A DNA stretch of 64,000 nt from Candidatus Bathyarchaeota archaeon. GTDB lineage: Archaea; Thermoproteota; Bathyarchaeia; TCS64. Where the stretch lies: the NCBI GenBank assembly GCA_963771885.1, contig CAVYVF010000023.1, positions 480,001-544,000 on the forward strand. The letters are read 5' to 3'. The notes beneath the pieces were generated by a model. It was given only the letters and a program-made list of their open reading frames with translations. It was not told the DNA's origin and searched no databases. The position numbers and the translations under genes were made by a program. Below are positions 43,670 through 53,665 of this stretch, piece by piece (the first letter of the stretch is position 1; each line of letters opens with the position of its first letter).

Positions 43670-44689
43670 ATGCCTAGAGTCGAGTTTGACGACCGCCTCC
43701 TCGGTAGAATACACGGCTGCCTCGCCGGAGTGGCTGTCGGTGACGCCCTCGGGATGCCTATGGCGGGGTGGACGCCCGGGGAGGTCAGGCGCCGATATGG
43801 AAAGGTCACAACCCTCATCGCTCCCGCCAAGGACCACCCGCTTCACGGTAACCTCCCCCTCGGCTCGATAACAGACGACACCCAACTCACATTGGCGATA
43901 GTCGACATGATACTCGTCGACGGCGCTGTGAGCCGCAGAGGCATGGCGGACCGCATAGTCAACTGGGTCGCCCAGAACAACCTCCTCGAGACACGCATAC
44001 TCGGCCCGAGCACGAAGGCGGCAGTACGCGACTTGATAGCGGGACGCGACCCCTCCGAGACGGGGCGGATGGGAACGACGAACGGCGGGGCTATGAAGAT
44101 AACCCCCATCGGGGTAATCAACGTCGCCCGCCCCATGGCTAAACTCGTCGACGACGTCGAGGAGACCTGCATGCCCACCCACTACACGGGCGTCGCGATA
44201 GCTGCCTCCTGTGCCGTCGCGGCAGCCGTCGCCGAGGCACTCAGACCCGGCGCCACTGTGACTTCAGTAATCTCATCCTCAAGGCGCGCCGCGAGGCTCG
44301 GCGAGGGGCGAGGCGCGCAACTCGCCTACCCCAGTGTTGAGAAGAGGATCACAATGGCGACACGCATCGCACAGAGTAAGACGCCTGAGAGGGCGGCCGA
44401 GGAGCTATACGACAGGATAGGCGCTGACATCTCGAGCAGCGACGCGATACCCACCGCCCTCGGCCTATTCGTAGCCGGCGGGGGAGACCCTATGAAGACG
44501 ATCACACTTACCGCGAACATGGGTGGGGACACCGACACAATAGGCGCCATGGCCGGCGGTATAGCCGGGGCATACGCGGGCATCGGCGACTTCCCGAGGA
44601 GCATCCTCGACACCGTCGAGCGCGTCAACGGCCTCGACCTCGCCGATAAGTCGCGGCACCTACTCGAATACGCGAGGCGATACAGGTGA
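43670..44689 (+). CDS. ADP-ribosylglycohydrolase family protein
   Basis: AVGDALGMP, ITDDT, GPST, TNGGAM, GGDTDTIGA. Confidence 0.93.
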   Translation: MPRVEFDDRLLGRIHGCLAGVAVGDALGMPMAGWTPGEVRRRYGKVTTLIAPAKDHPLHGNLPLGSITDDTQLTLAIVDMILVDGAVSRRGMADRIVNWVAQNNLLETRILGPSTKAAVRDLIAGRDPSETGRMGTTNGGAMKITPIGVINVARPMAKLVDDVEETCMPTHYTGVAIAASCAVAAAVAEALRPGATVTSVISSSRRAARLGEGRGAQLAYPSVEKRITMATRIAQSKTPERAAEELYDRIGADISSSDAIPTALGLFVAGGGDPMKTITLTANMGGDTDTIGAMAGGIAGAYAGIGDFPRSILDTVERVNGLDLADKSRHLLEYARRYR

Positions 44690-45636
44690 CCCTGGAACTC
44701 GTAGCCGTCGGCGACAGCACTGTCGACGTCCTCATCCCTGTCCCCCGCTTCCCCACGGCGAACGAGGACAGCGTCCACAGTAGCGGCATGGAGCGGCATA
44801 TGGGGGGTTCGAGCAACTACCTGATAATGGCGAGTCGCCTCGGTCTAAGGGTGGGGATCGCCGACGCGGTGGGAGACGACGACCTTGGCACCTACTATGT
44901 GGCAGGCCTCGAGGCGGAGGGCGTAGACACGACATGCATCAAGACGAGGCGAGGTGGAAGGACGACGGGCTGCGTCGTCCTACTCACCAACACAGGGCAG
45001 CACGCCTACATTGGGCTCGAAGGAGCCTCGCGGACATTCACACCAGCCGAGCTAGACGAGTGCTATATAGCCTCCGCGGGGGCGTTCTTCATGAGCGGCT
45101 ATCCGCTCGCCGAGGAGCCAATCTCCGGCGCGGTGATGAAGGCGCTCAAGGCCGCTAAGGGTGCGGGGAGGCACGTCTTCTTCGACCCCAGCCCCGTTGC
45201 CGACGCAATCAAAGGGGAAGCGCTCCGCGAAGCCGTGAGGTCCACCGATACGCTTATGCTGAATAACAGGGAGCTCGGCCTCGTCGCCTCCGTGCTCGGC
45301 GTAAAACCTGAACCGGGGAGCCTGCTCCGCCTCGGGGTCGGCACAGTCGTGTTGAAGATGGGCGCCGACGGCTGCTCCTTCCACACACAATCGGGTTCCA
45401 AGCACTACGCCGGGTTTAATGTGGACGTCGTAGACACGACCGGGGCGGGCGACTCTTTTGATGCCGCCATCGTCTATGGCACCGTCAAGGACTGGCCGCA
45501 CGTCGACATGGCTACCCTCGCGAATGCCGTGGGCGCCATAAAGGTCGGGAAACGCGGCGCGGGTAGGAACGTGCCGACGCTCGCCGAGGTCAGGGAGTTC
45601 CTGCGGGAACGCGGAGCTTTACCGGACAGGCTTTAG
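44686..45636 (+). CDS. PfkB/ribokinase family sugar kinase
   Basis: VGDDDLG, FFDP, KMGADG, VDTTGAGDSF. Confidence 0.93.
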   Translation: MTLELVAVGDSTVDVLIPVPRFPTANEDSVHSSGMERHMGGSSNYLIMASRLGLRVGIADAVGDDDLGTYYVAGLEAEGVDTTCIKTRRGGRTTGCVVLLTNTGQHAYIGLEGASRTFTPAELDECYIASAGAFFMSGYPLAEEPISGAVMKALKAAKGAGRHVFFDPSPVADAIKGEALREAVRSTDTLMLNNRELGLVASVLGVKPEPGSLLRLGVGTVVLKMGADGCSFHTQSGSKHYAGFNVDVVDTTGAGDSFDAAIVYGTVKDWPHVDMATLANAVGAIKVGKRGAGRNVPTLAEVREFLRERGALPDRL

Positions 45637-46748
45637 CTCCTAAACTGGAGCTTGTCCTGTATTGCGCGGGCGAAGTCGCTACGTGTGATAATGCCGACGA
45701 GCTTGCCTTCCTCTATGACGGGTAGTCTGCCGACGCCAGCCTTCGCCAGTTTTATCAGGGCATCCACGGCAGCGTCCCCTGGCCTCGCCCAGATGAGAAC
45801 ATCTGTCCTCTTCATGATGTCACTCACCTTCTTCTCATCCCAGAGCTCCGGTTTGACGCCCCTGAGGTCCTCGTCGGTGATTATACCAAATAGTTCTCCG
45901 CCCTTCATGACCGGAAAGCCGTGGTGCTTCAGCGGCGTAAGGGCGTAGTCCTGAACCTGCTGCAGAGTCATGTCGGGGTCGACCGTCTTGACGTCCCGTG
46001 TCATTATCTCGCCGACTGTGACGCCCGTCAGCGCCTGACTGATGCGGGTCTCATTCATACTCGCCTGAGCGCTACTGTTGATGAAGAGGCCGATGAAGAG
46101 TAGCCAGATGCCGCTAAAGTCGGCGTAGAAGAGTGTCTGGGCTAGGCCGAGGCCTATGAAGCCGAAGCTAATGAGCCTCGAGATGCCGGTGACCGTCCTC
46201 GTCGCCTTCAGCACGTCCTTGTTCCGGCCCCAGATGAAGCCCCTAAGGACTCTACCGCCGTCCATGGGAAAGGCGGGGATGAGGTTGAAAAGCGCGAGAA
46301 TTATGTTAATGTAACCGGCGTACTCGATAACCGCCGAGACGGCGATGGGAAGGATGCTCCCAGCATACGTATGGATGGCTGTGAAAACGACGCTGAGAAG
46401 GACGCTTGTGAGCGGCCCAGCCGCGGCCATCCGGAGTTCGGCCCCTGGCTCGTGGGCTTCCTCCGCTATCTCGGAGACTCCGCCTAGGAAGTAGAGGGTG
46501 ATGCTGTTTACGGGTATCTTGTACCTCTGAGCCACGACGCTGTGGGCGACCTCATGAATGAGCACGGATATGAATAGCATGAGGGCGGATGCGGCGCCGA
46601 CGCCCCAATAAAAGGTGTCGCTCTGCCCAGGGTAACCAAGGGGAAGGTAGCCCCACGCCAGTGACCACGTCAGGAAGGCGAAGATTAGGAACCACGAGTA
46701 GTGTAGGCGAACTTCGACACCTGCGAGGCGGCCGATCTTCAACGACAA
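45633..46748 (-). CDS. Site-2 (M50) intramembrane metalloprotease with CBS pair
   Basis: HEVAH, AAAGP, FNLIPAFPMDGGR, C-terminal CBS domains. Confidence 0.95.
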   Translation of the reverse strand: MSLKIGRLAGVEVRLHYSWFLIFAFLTWSLAWGYLPLGYPGQSDTFYWGVGAASALMLFISVLIHEVAHSVVAQRYKIPVNSITLYFLGGVSEIAEEAHEPGAELRMAAAGPLTSVLLSVVFTAIHTYAGSILPIAVSAVIEYAGYINIILALFNLIPAFPMDGGRVLRGFIWGRNKDVLKATRTVTGISRLISFGFIGLGLAQTLFYADFSGIWLLFIGLFINSSAQASMNETRISQALTGVTVGEIMTRDVKTVDPDMTLQQVQDYALTPLKHHGFPVMKGGELFGIITDEDLRGVKPELWDEKKVSDIMKRTDVLIWARPGDAAVDALIKLAKAGVGRLPVIEEGKLVGIITRSDFARAIQDKLQFRS

Positions 46749-46855
46749 TGGGATCGTGGGCTGGTTTGGAAGCGATTATTATGAACCTTACCCGGTGCGC
46801 CGGGCGTACTCGTAAATGTCTTATCCGCGAAAAGGCGAGTATCAACCGGATTTTC

Positions 46856-47221
46856 ATGGCAAAGATCGTGATGCGCAAGGATGCCCCGAGACTGGAGACG
46901 GTGAAGGGGCGCCACGGCGAGATACTCATCGCCGGCGAGAAATGTATGATGATGATCAACACAATAGAGCCAAACCTCCCCACGCCGCCTCACAGTCACC
47001 CCCACGAGCAGATAGGCTACCTACAGGAAGGCGAGGGCGACCTCTACATAGGCGACGAGAAGATACACATCAAGGCGCAGTGCAGCTTCGTCGCTCCCGG
47101 AGGCGTCCCCCACAACTTCGACGCAACCGGCAACAAACCCGCCGTCCTCATAGAGTGCTTCGCGCCCCCGAGGGAGGACTACCTCGAACGAGTAGCGAAA
47201 GATGCTAAGAAGAAAAAGTAG
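46856..47221 (+). CDS. Cupin domain protein
   Basis: PHSHPHEQ, PGGVPH, FAPPREDY. Confidence 0.9.
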   Translation: MAKIVMRKDAPRLETVKGRHGEILIAGEKCMMMINTIEPNLPTPPHSHPHEQIGYLQEGEGDLYIGDEKIHIKAQCSFVAPGGVPHNFDATGNKPAVLIECFAPPREDYLERVAKDAKKKK

Positions 47222-47680
47222 CTACTTCAGGTTGCCCAGCATCCTGAAGTCCTCCTTCACGGTATTGAGGACGACGTGGGTGTTCGTCCTCTCGATGTCC
47301 GGCATGCTTAGTAGGGCCTTGGGGAACTCGCTTAACTCCTGCCTGTTCTTGAACTTGGCTATAGCTATGCTATCTATCTCGCCGGTGATGTCGTAGACGG
47401 CGCAGACGTAGGGTAGCTTGCTGATCGACTTTTGGACCTCGATGAGCTTGCCGCGAGCCACTGTGATCTCTATGATTACAGTGAGCTCGTAGCCTAGGCG
47501 CTCCCAGTCCACCATAACCGTGTAGTCCTTGACGACCCCCGCCGACTCCAGCCGGCTGATATGGTTGATCACTGTGGCCGTAGAGACGCCTATCGCCTTA
47601 GCCAGCTCCCTCTGGCTTCTCTTCGAGTCCTTGAGCAGTTCCCCTAGGAGCTTCCTGTCTATCTCGTCGAGCATGAACAT
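47222..47680 (-). CDS. Lrp/AsnC family transcriptional regulator
   Basis: LDEIDRKLL..L.KDS, VYDITGE.D, RTNT; close paralog of 32241-32699. Confidence 0.95.
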   Translation of the reverse strand: MFMLDEIDRKLLGELLKDSKRSQRELAKAIGVSTATVINHISRLESAGVVKDYTVMVDWERLGYELTVIIEITVARGKLIEVQKSISKLPYVCAVYDITGEIDSIAIAKFKNRQELSEFPKALLSMPDIERTNTHVVLNTVKEDFRMLGNLK

Positions 47681-47710
47681 TGCTGTTTTACACCTTTAAG
47701 GGTGTACAAG

Positions 47711-47724
47711 TATACACATGTATA
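47711..47724. promoter_or_regulatory. Palindromic operator candidate TATACA-CA-TGTATA
   Basis: Perfect 6-bp arms, 16 nt upstream of TATA-like TTTAATA of the EamA gene. Confidence 0.6.
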
Positions 47725-47776
47725 TGAAACTTGTCATAAGTTTAATATATGTAGATGATAGAAGCGCTTTTCATTA

Positions 47777-48679
47777 ATGGGTGTCGTCTTGGCGTCTGAG
47801 AGAGGTTACGGAACCGCGACCGCGATAACTGTCGCCATCATCTGGGGTCTGAGCTTCGTCGCGGCGAGCGCTATCCTTACGACGATCGCGCCGCTGATAC
47901 TGGCCACTATCCGCTTCATCATAGCAGCGTCTCTCTTCTCACCCGTCATCATCTGGGAGTACCGTAGGGGCAACAGGCCATCTATAACGGACCTGAAGGA
48001 GTTAGCGCTCCTCGGCCTCCTAAGCATGAGCATCTACTTCTGGCTCCAGTACACGGGGGTGCAGTACGCAGGAGCGGGTATCTCGGCGGTGCTCGCTACG
48101 GGTTTCACACCCGTCCTCACCGGAATAGCCGGCACCGTACTGTTGAAGGAGAGAGTCACCGCCAAGAAGGGGGCGGGAATTGCCCTCGGGCTCACGGGAG
48201 TCGCGCTCATAGCCCTACCGAAGATCGTCATCGGCAGCGTCGACTGGCTCTTCCTCCTCGGGGTCGCGTGCCTGCTCGGAAACGCAGTCTGCTGGAGCAT
48301 GTACTCAACGCTGAGTAGGCGGCTGATGAAGAGGATCGGCAACCCCCTCATGGTGACGGCATACACAACCATGTTCGGCCTCCTGTTCCTCATACCGCTC
48401 AGCCTCACCTCGGACTGGGGCGCCGTGGCGCGGCTGACGACGGATCAGTGGTTGAGCATACTATACCTCGCCGTCGTCTGCAGCTGTGTCGGCTACTTCC
48501 TCTGGAACTACACCCTAAGTAAGCTCGAGGCTGTCAAGGCGACGGTGTGGCTCTACCTCGAGCCCGTCGCAGCCTTCATCGGTTCCTTCGCCCTCTTCGG
48601 GCAGGTCCCCACCGCCTTGACCATAGTAGGGGGAGCCGCTATCATCATCGGCGCGTTCCTCACGAACAGGTCCAAGTAA
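47777..48679 (+). CDS. DMT/EamA family transporter
   Basis: IWGLSF, RFIIA, LKERVT, YLEPV; about 10 TM. Confidence 0.92.
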   Translation: MGVVLASERGYGTATAITVAIIWGLSFVAASAILTTIAPLILATIRFIIAASLFSPVIIWEYRRGNRPSITDLKELALLGLLSMSIYFWLQYTGVQYAGAGISAVLATGFTPVLTGIAGTVLLKERVTAKKGAGIALGLTGVALIALPKIVIGSVDWLFLLGVACLLGNAVCWSMYSTLSRRLMKRIGNPLMVTAYTTMFGLLFLIPLSLTSDWGAVARLTTDQWLSILYLAVVCSCVGYFLWNYTLSKLEAVKATVWLYLEPVAAFIGSFALFGQVPTALTIVGGAAIIIGAFLTNRSK

Positions 48680-48705
48680 AGCCGATTTAAACAACACTAT
48701 TATCC

Positions 48706-48719
48706 TATACAAATGTATA
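48706..48719. promoter_or_regulatory. Palindromic operator candidate TATACA-AA-TGTATA
   Basis: Same arms as 47711, 17 nt upstream of TATATA of glnA. Confidence 0.6.
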
Positions 48720-48768
48720 GATAAAACGGGATAAAGTATATATTAAACGTCCGCAACGTACAGGTATT

Positions 48769-50128
48769 ATGACCAAGTCCGATTTGACCCACCCGGACAG
48801 CATCGAGTCCATCATGTCCGAGGTGAAGAGGCGCGATATCCGATACATTCGTCTAATAATCGTCGACCTGAATGGCATGCCGCGCGCCATGCTGATCCCC
48901 GAGTACCAGCTGCCCACCGCCCTCAAGGAGGGTATAGGTTTCGACGGCTCTAGCATGGGACTGGTCAACATCGAGCACAGTGACCTGACCCTACACCCAG
49001 ATCCAGCGCACCTTCATCGCGCCGATGTGGGAAACCCCCGGCGTCGCCGTCATGTTCACCTACCTTAGTAACCCGGACGGCACCCACTTCGAGGGCGACT
49101 GCCGTGGCCGCCTCAAGATGACCCTCGACGAGCTCGAGGAGAAGAACATGGGCCTCAACACGGGTCCGGAGCTCGAGTACTTCTACATCAGCAGGAGCAA
49201 TGGCAGCGTCGCCCCTTACGGGGCGGGCGGCTACTTCTACATACCCCCCATGGACCCGACGGAGGACCTCAAGCTCGACACAATGATCAACCTCGAGGCC
49301 GCTGGGTTCCAGCTCGACAAGATACACCACGAGGTGGGTCAAGGGCAACAGGAGATTAACTTTCGCTATGCCGACGCCCTTAAGACGGCGGATAATGTCG
49401 TCCTCTACAAGCTCGTGGTAAAGACGATCGCTGAGAAGAAGGGCGTCTCCGCGACCTTCATGCCGAAACCATTCTGGGGGATGAATGGGAGCGGCAGCCA
49501 CTACCACCAGAGCATGTTCGACCTGAAGAACGGCAGGAATCTCTTCGGTGACAGGGACAGCGATACAGGTCTGAGCAAGATGGCGTTCCAGTACGTGGCG
49601 GGCATACTCAGCCACGCGAGGGGTATGAGCATGGTCGTCGCCCCCATAGTCAACAGCTACAAGAGGCTCGTGCCCCACTACGAGGCGCCCGTCTACATAG
49701 CCTGGGGCCTCGGCAACAGGTCCGCCATAGTACGCGTGCCCCTCTACCCCGGTGACAAGGCGAAGGTCAGCCGCATCGAGTACAGGCACCCTGACCCAAG
49801 TTGCAATCCCTACCTAGCCACGACCGTTATGCTCAGGGCGGGACTCGACGGCCTGAAGAGGAAGGCGGATCCCCCGGAGATATTCGACGAAAACGTATAC
49901 AACGCATCGGGGCTGGAGACGCTGCCAGAGCACCTCGGCGAGGCCGTCAACGTCTTCGAGAAGGATAAGGTCCTCACGGACGCCCTCGGCGACTACATAA
50001 GCAACAACCTCGTCAAGGCGAAGAGGGCGGAACACGAGGCGTACCTCAAGTACGTGGGCACCGACTGGACCTCGAGCCGCCCACGCATCACACCGTGGGA
50101 GATAGACCGATACCTCGTCACCTGCTAA
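48769..50128 (+). CDS. glnA: Glutamine synthetase type I (apparent frameshift near 49008)
   Basis: FDGSS, GPELEYF, HHEV..GQQEI, ATFMPKP..G.NGSG.H, NSYKRLVP.YEAP, NRSA, RIEYR.PD..CNPYL. Confidence 0.93.
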
Positions 50129-50525
50129 ATCTGCGGGGGCATCCCATCTCCTCAATCTTCGAGGGGAGATCCTCCAGCTCCCCAACCATCTTTGAATACC
50201 ACTTGTCAAGCATGCCCTTGATAGCCGCCTTGAGCTTCTCCGGGGGCACCGCCGCGTAGACAAATTTGTAGCCTCCGAGGCCTATGAGCTCCTCCTCACG
50301 CGTCGCGAGCCCTTTCTCCACGAGCGACTGTAGGAGCCTCTGCGTTGTGGGACGGCTCTTGTCGAGACGGTCTGCAACCTCCTGGACTGTAGTCTTGCCG
50401 AGACCGGAGAGGGCGCAATATGCCTCGACCTCCGCCGTTTTGACACCGAGGGCGCACCTCATCAGCTCATCGGCGCCTAGCTCGGGGGCGTTTATTATGC
50501 TGCTAAGCTCCCTGAGACTCATCAT
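50118..50525 (-). CDS. TrmB-like winged-helix transcriptional regulator
   Basis: TVQEVADRLDKSRPTTQR.LQSLVEKGL, GGYKFVY. Confidence 0.85.
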   Translation of the reverse strand: MMSLRELSSIINAPELGADELMRCALGVKTAEVEAYCALSGLGKTTVQEVADRLDKSRPTTQRLLQSLVEKGLATREEELIGLGGYKFVYAAVPPEKLKAAIKGMLDKWYSKMVGELEDLPSKIEEMGCPRRFSR

Positions 50526-50594
50526 GTTCAATGATGTTGAACACCTTAAAATATCTTTATATCGTCGTATCCCTCTGAGGAAATACGAGAAGAA

Positions 50595-50921
50595 ATGGCA
50601 GAACACAAAACAGTAGAGGTAACCGACGCCTCATTCGACGAGTTCGTCGCGAAGAACAAATTCGCCGTCATAGACTGCTGGGCGGCGTGGTGCGGTCCAT
50701 GCAATATGCTCAGCCCAGTCATCGAGCAGCTCGCAGGCGAGAAGCCCAATATAACCTTCGCCAAGCTAAACGTCGACCAGAACCGGAGCATACCCATGAG
50801 ATACGGAATCATGAGCATACCTACTCTCCTCTACTTCAAGGACGGCAAGCTCGCAGACAAGACCCTCGGCGCCCTGCCGAAAAAGATGCTTGAGGGTAGG
50901 TTAGAGAAACTTACCTCGTAA
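50595..50921 (+). CDS. trxA: Thioredoxin
   Basis: WAAWCGPC, KLNVD, SIPTL. Confidence 0.95.
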   Translation: MAEHKTVEVTDASFDEFVAKNKFAVIDCWAAWCGPCNMLSPVIEQLAGEKPNITFAKLNVDQNRSIPMRYGIMSIPTLLYFKDGKLADKTLGALPKKMLEGRLEKLTS

Positions 50922-51006
50922 CCCTACATATTCGCACTCGACAGAGGGGTATAGTCGACGATTAGTATCCACGTATCAGGTATGCACACATGGGTTTCTT
51001 AGTGTG

Positions 51007-51306
51007 CTAGTTGTTCCAAATATATGATATGTTAATGGATAATTGATGCAACTTATCAGGGATGTCAAGAGCCAAGAGTATCTCCTGAGTGCTCAATACA
51101 CCCTTGTACGGCTTACCATTTATGAGTAAGGCGGGCACTGTAAGGAGACCGCTCCTCTGGGCGAGCCCTATGTGGTCGGGAAGGGTGTAAATCTGGACCT
51201 TGACGGCAGGGCGATCTTTCTTCACCTGAGCTAAGTTTGCGACGACCTGCTTACACTTCCCGCAGAGTGGGATCCTGAATAGGACTATGTCAGCGTTCTC
51301 CGTCAT
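51007..51306 (-). CDS. Small thioredoxin/glutaredoxin-like protein
   Basis: CGKC and TVPALLING. Confidence 0.7.
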   Translation of the reverse strand: MTENADIVLFRIPLCGKCKQVVANLAQVKKDRPAVKVQIYTLPDHIGLAQRSGLLTVPALLINGKPYKGVLSTQEILLALDIPDKLHQLSINISYIWNN

Positions 51307-51400
51307 GGATATAGGATCTCGGAGGGGAAATAAAACGGCATCCACGGCGGTAAGGGTTTAATAGAGACACGATCGATTCGAGTGGATAGCTGGCGCAGGC

Positions 51401-52600
51401 ATGATTGAGCTGCTCGGTTTACTACTCGCCTTCATCGTAATCTTCTATCTCCGGTTCAAGGAATTCGACTTCGCCGCGAGCATACTGATCGCCGCGGGGA
51501 TAATCGGCATAACCTCGGGGAAGCCTCTCGGAATCTTCGTCGACGCCTTGCTTGAGACTGTTGGGGACAAGACGACGTGGGAGCTCTGCGCCGCCGTGGG
51601 TTTCATCACTGTATTCGGCTACGCGTTGAAGGAGACGGGTCATATGGTGGAGCTGATCGACAAGCTCCGCGGCTTTGTGCCGAGTAGGTTCCTGTTGGCG
51701 CTAATTCCGGCGCTTTTTGGGATACTCTCGATGCCTGGTGGGGCGCTCATGTCGGCGCCTTTCAACGAGCCCGAGTCGGAGCGCCTCAAGTTGAAGCCCG
51801 AGCACAGGACATTCATCAATGTCTGGTTCCGTCACGTCTGGTACTGGGCGAGTCCTATCAGCCCCTCGACGCTCGTCGCCTGTAGCATCGCTGGCATCGC
51901 CATCACCGACTTCATCAGGGTCAACTTCCCCCTCTTCATCGCGACATGGGTCATAGGCTTCGCGATAAGTTGGAAGTGGATTCAAAAGGAGGAGACGTTG
52001 GTGGGCGGCACCAAGGACTACGTGGGCAGCCTCGTGGGGCTATCCCCGATACTCATAACGGTCTTCCTCACGCTTATCGCAATACCCGTCTGGATATGCG
52101 TGGCCATCGGCATCGCCATGTTAATAGTGATGAGGAAGGTGAGCCTCAGCCGAGCCAAGACCTATGTAACCAAAGGGTTGAAACTTGACCTCGTCGCTGC
52201 CGTCTTCGCCACTCTCTATTTCAGGTACATGGTTGTCTCATCGGGGAGTGTGAGCACCCTCCTCAGCAACATACTAAACATGGGCGTGCCGCTTCTCGCA
52301 CTCTTCATCGTTGTGCCCCTACTCGTCGGCGCCATCTCGGCCCAACCCACGCTGGGCATCGGTATCGTCTTCCCCATTCTCATGCCCCTCGTCGCCCCCA
52401 TCGACGTAAACTGGATGACAATCATGTTCGCCGGCATAGTCGCAGGTTACACGGCATCCCCCCTCCATCTCTGCCTCATATTAACCAACCAGTACTACAA
52501 GTCCGACCTCAACAAGGTCTACAAATACCTCATACCGGGTCTGCTGATCCTCGTCTCGGCGATGGTTCTCTACCACGTCGCCCTCGGTGGCCTGTGGTAA
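51401..52600 (+). CDS. DUF401 family membrane protein
   Basis: MPGGALMSAP, NVWFRH, SPLHLCLILT..YY. Confidence 0.85.
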   Translation: MIELLGLLLAFIVIFYLRFKEFDFAASILIAAGIIGITSGKPLGIFVDALLETVGDKTTWELCAAVGFITVFGYALKETGHMVELIDKLRGFVPSRFLLALIPALFGILSMPGGALMSAPFNEPESERLKLKPEHRTFINVWFRHVWYWASPISPSTLVACSIAGIAITDFIRVNFPLFIATWVIGFAISWKWIQKEETLVGGTKDYVGSLVGLSPILITVFLTLIAIPVWICVAIGIAMLIVMRKVSLSRAKTYVTKGLKLDLVAAVFATLYFRYMVVSSGSVSTLLSNILNMGVPLLALFIVVPLLVGAISAQPTLGIGIVFPILMPLVAPIDVNWMTIMFAGIVAGYTASPLHLCLILTNQYYKSDLNKVYKYLIPGLLILVSAMVLYHVALGGLW

Positions 52601-52638
52601 CCATTTAAACCCCCTCTACCACTCCTTATCCGATTCAT

Positions 52639-53664
52639 TTGGGCGTAAACCTCACCCCGATAGTCGAGAGGAGGGTGGTCACCCTCGACGACCTGAGGGG
52701 GAGGAGCTTCGCCGTCGACGGCTTCGTCGTGCTACATCAGTTCCTCGCCCTCATCAGGGCGCGTGACGGGACGCCACTGATGGATAATAAGGGCAGGACG
52801 ACGAGCCACCTCGTCGGACTCGCCTTCCGAACTACGCGACTAATCGCTGACTACGGTATGAGGCTCGCCTTCGTCTTCGATGGGTGCCCGCCACAGCTCA
52901 AGCGCGCCGAGGTCGAGAAGCGCCGAGAGATCAGGCAGAGGTATGAGAAGGAGTACAGGGAGGCGATCGCCACTGGAGACTACAAGACCGCCATGTCCAA
53001 GGCAGTTATGACGAGTCGCCTCACTGGAGAGGCGATCGCCGACGCGAAGAGGCTCCTCGACCTACTCGGTATCCCCTGGGTACAGGCACCGAGCGAGGGG
53101 GAGGCCCAGGCAGCATACATGGCGGTGAAGGGAGATGTCTGGGCGGTCAACAGCCAAGACTACGACAGCCTGCTCTTCGGTACGCCGCGGCTTGTCCGCT
53201 ACATAACAATACAGGGGGAGGAATGGCTCCCAAGCAAGGGGCGCGCACGAAAACTCCAACCCGAGATAATCGACCTCGACGCCCTCTCCCAGGCGTGGGG
53301 ACTGACGCGCCTCCAGATGATTGACCTCGGCATACTCATCGGCACCGACTTCAACACCGGCATCAGAGGCATTGGCCCCAAGACAGCGCTCAAACTCATC
53401 AGGAAGCACGGGCATCTCGAGGAGCTGCCCCCCGAGATAAGGGAACAGTTGACCCCGGACATCGACGCGATCCGCGATCTCTATTTGCATCCCCCAGCCA
53501 CAGACGACTACATACTGGAGGAGAAGCCGCTCCAAGAGGACGAGTTCGTAAGGTTTCTCTGTGGCGAGCACGACTTCAGCAGAGAGCGGGTCGAGACGGT
53601 TATACAGAGGATGAGGAAGGCGAGGGGGCAGAAGAGCCTTCGCGACTGGTTCGGAGGCGTATGA
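52639..53664 (+). CDS. fen: Flap endonuclease 1
   Basis: MGV, QFLALIR..DG, APSEGEAQAA, SQDYDSLLFG, GTDFN; PIP box QKSLRDWF. Confidence 0.97.
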   Translation: MGVNLTPIVERRVVTLDDLRGRSFAVDGFVVLHQFLALIRARDGTPLMDNKGRTTSHLVGLAFRTTRLIADYGMRLAFVFDGCPPQLKRAEVEKRREIRQRYEKEYREAIATGDYKTAMSKAVMTSRLTGEAIADAKRLLDLLGIPWVQAPSEGEAQAAYMAVKGDVWAVNSQDYDSLLFGTPRLVRYITIQGEEWLPSKGRARKLQPEIIDLDALSQAWGLTRLQMIDLGILIGTDFNTGIRGIGPKTALKLIRKHGHLEELPPEIREQLTPDIDAIRDLYLHPPATDDYILEEKPLQEDEFVRFLCGEHDFSRERVETVIQRMRKARGQKSLRDWFGGV

Positions 53665-53665
53665 G

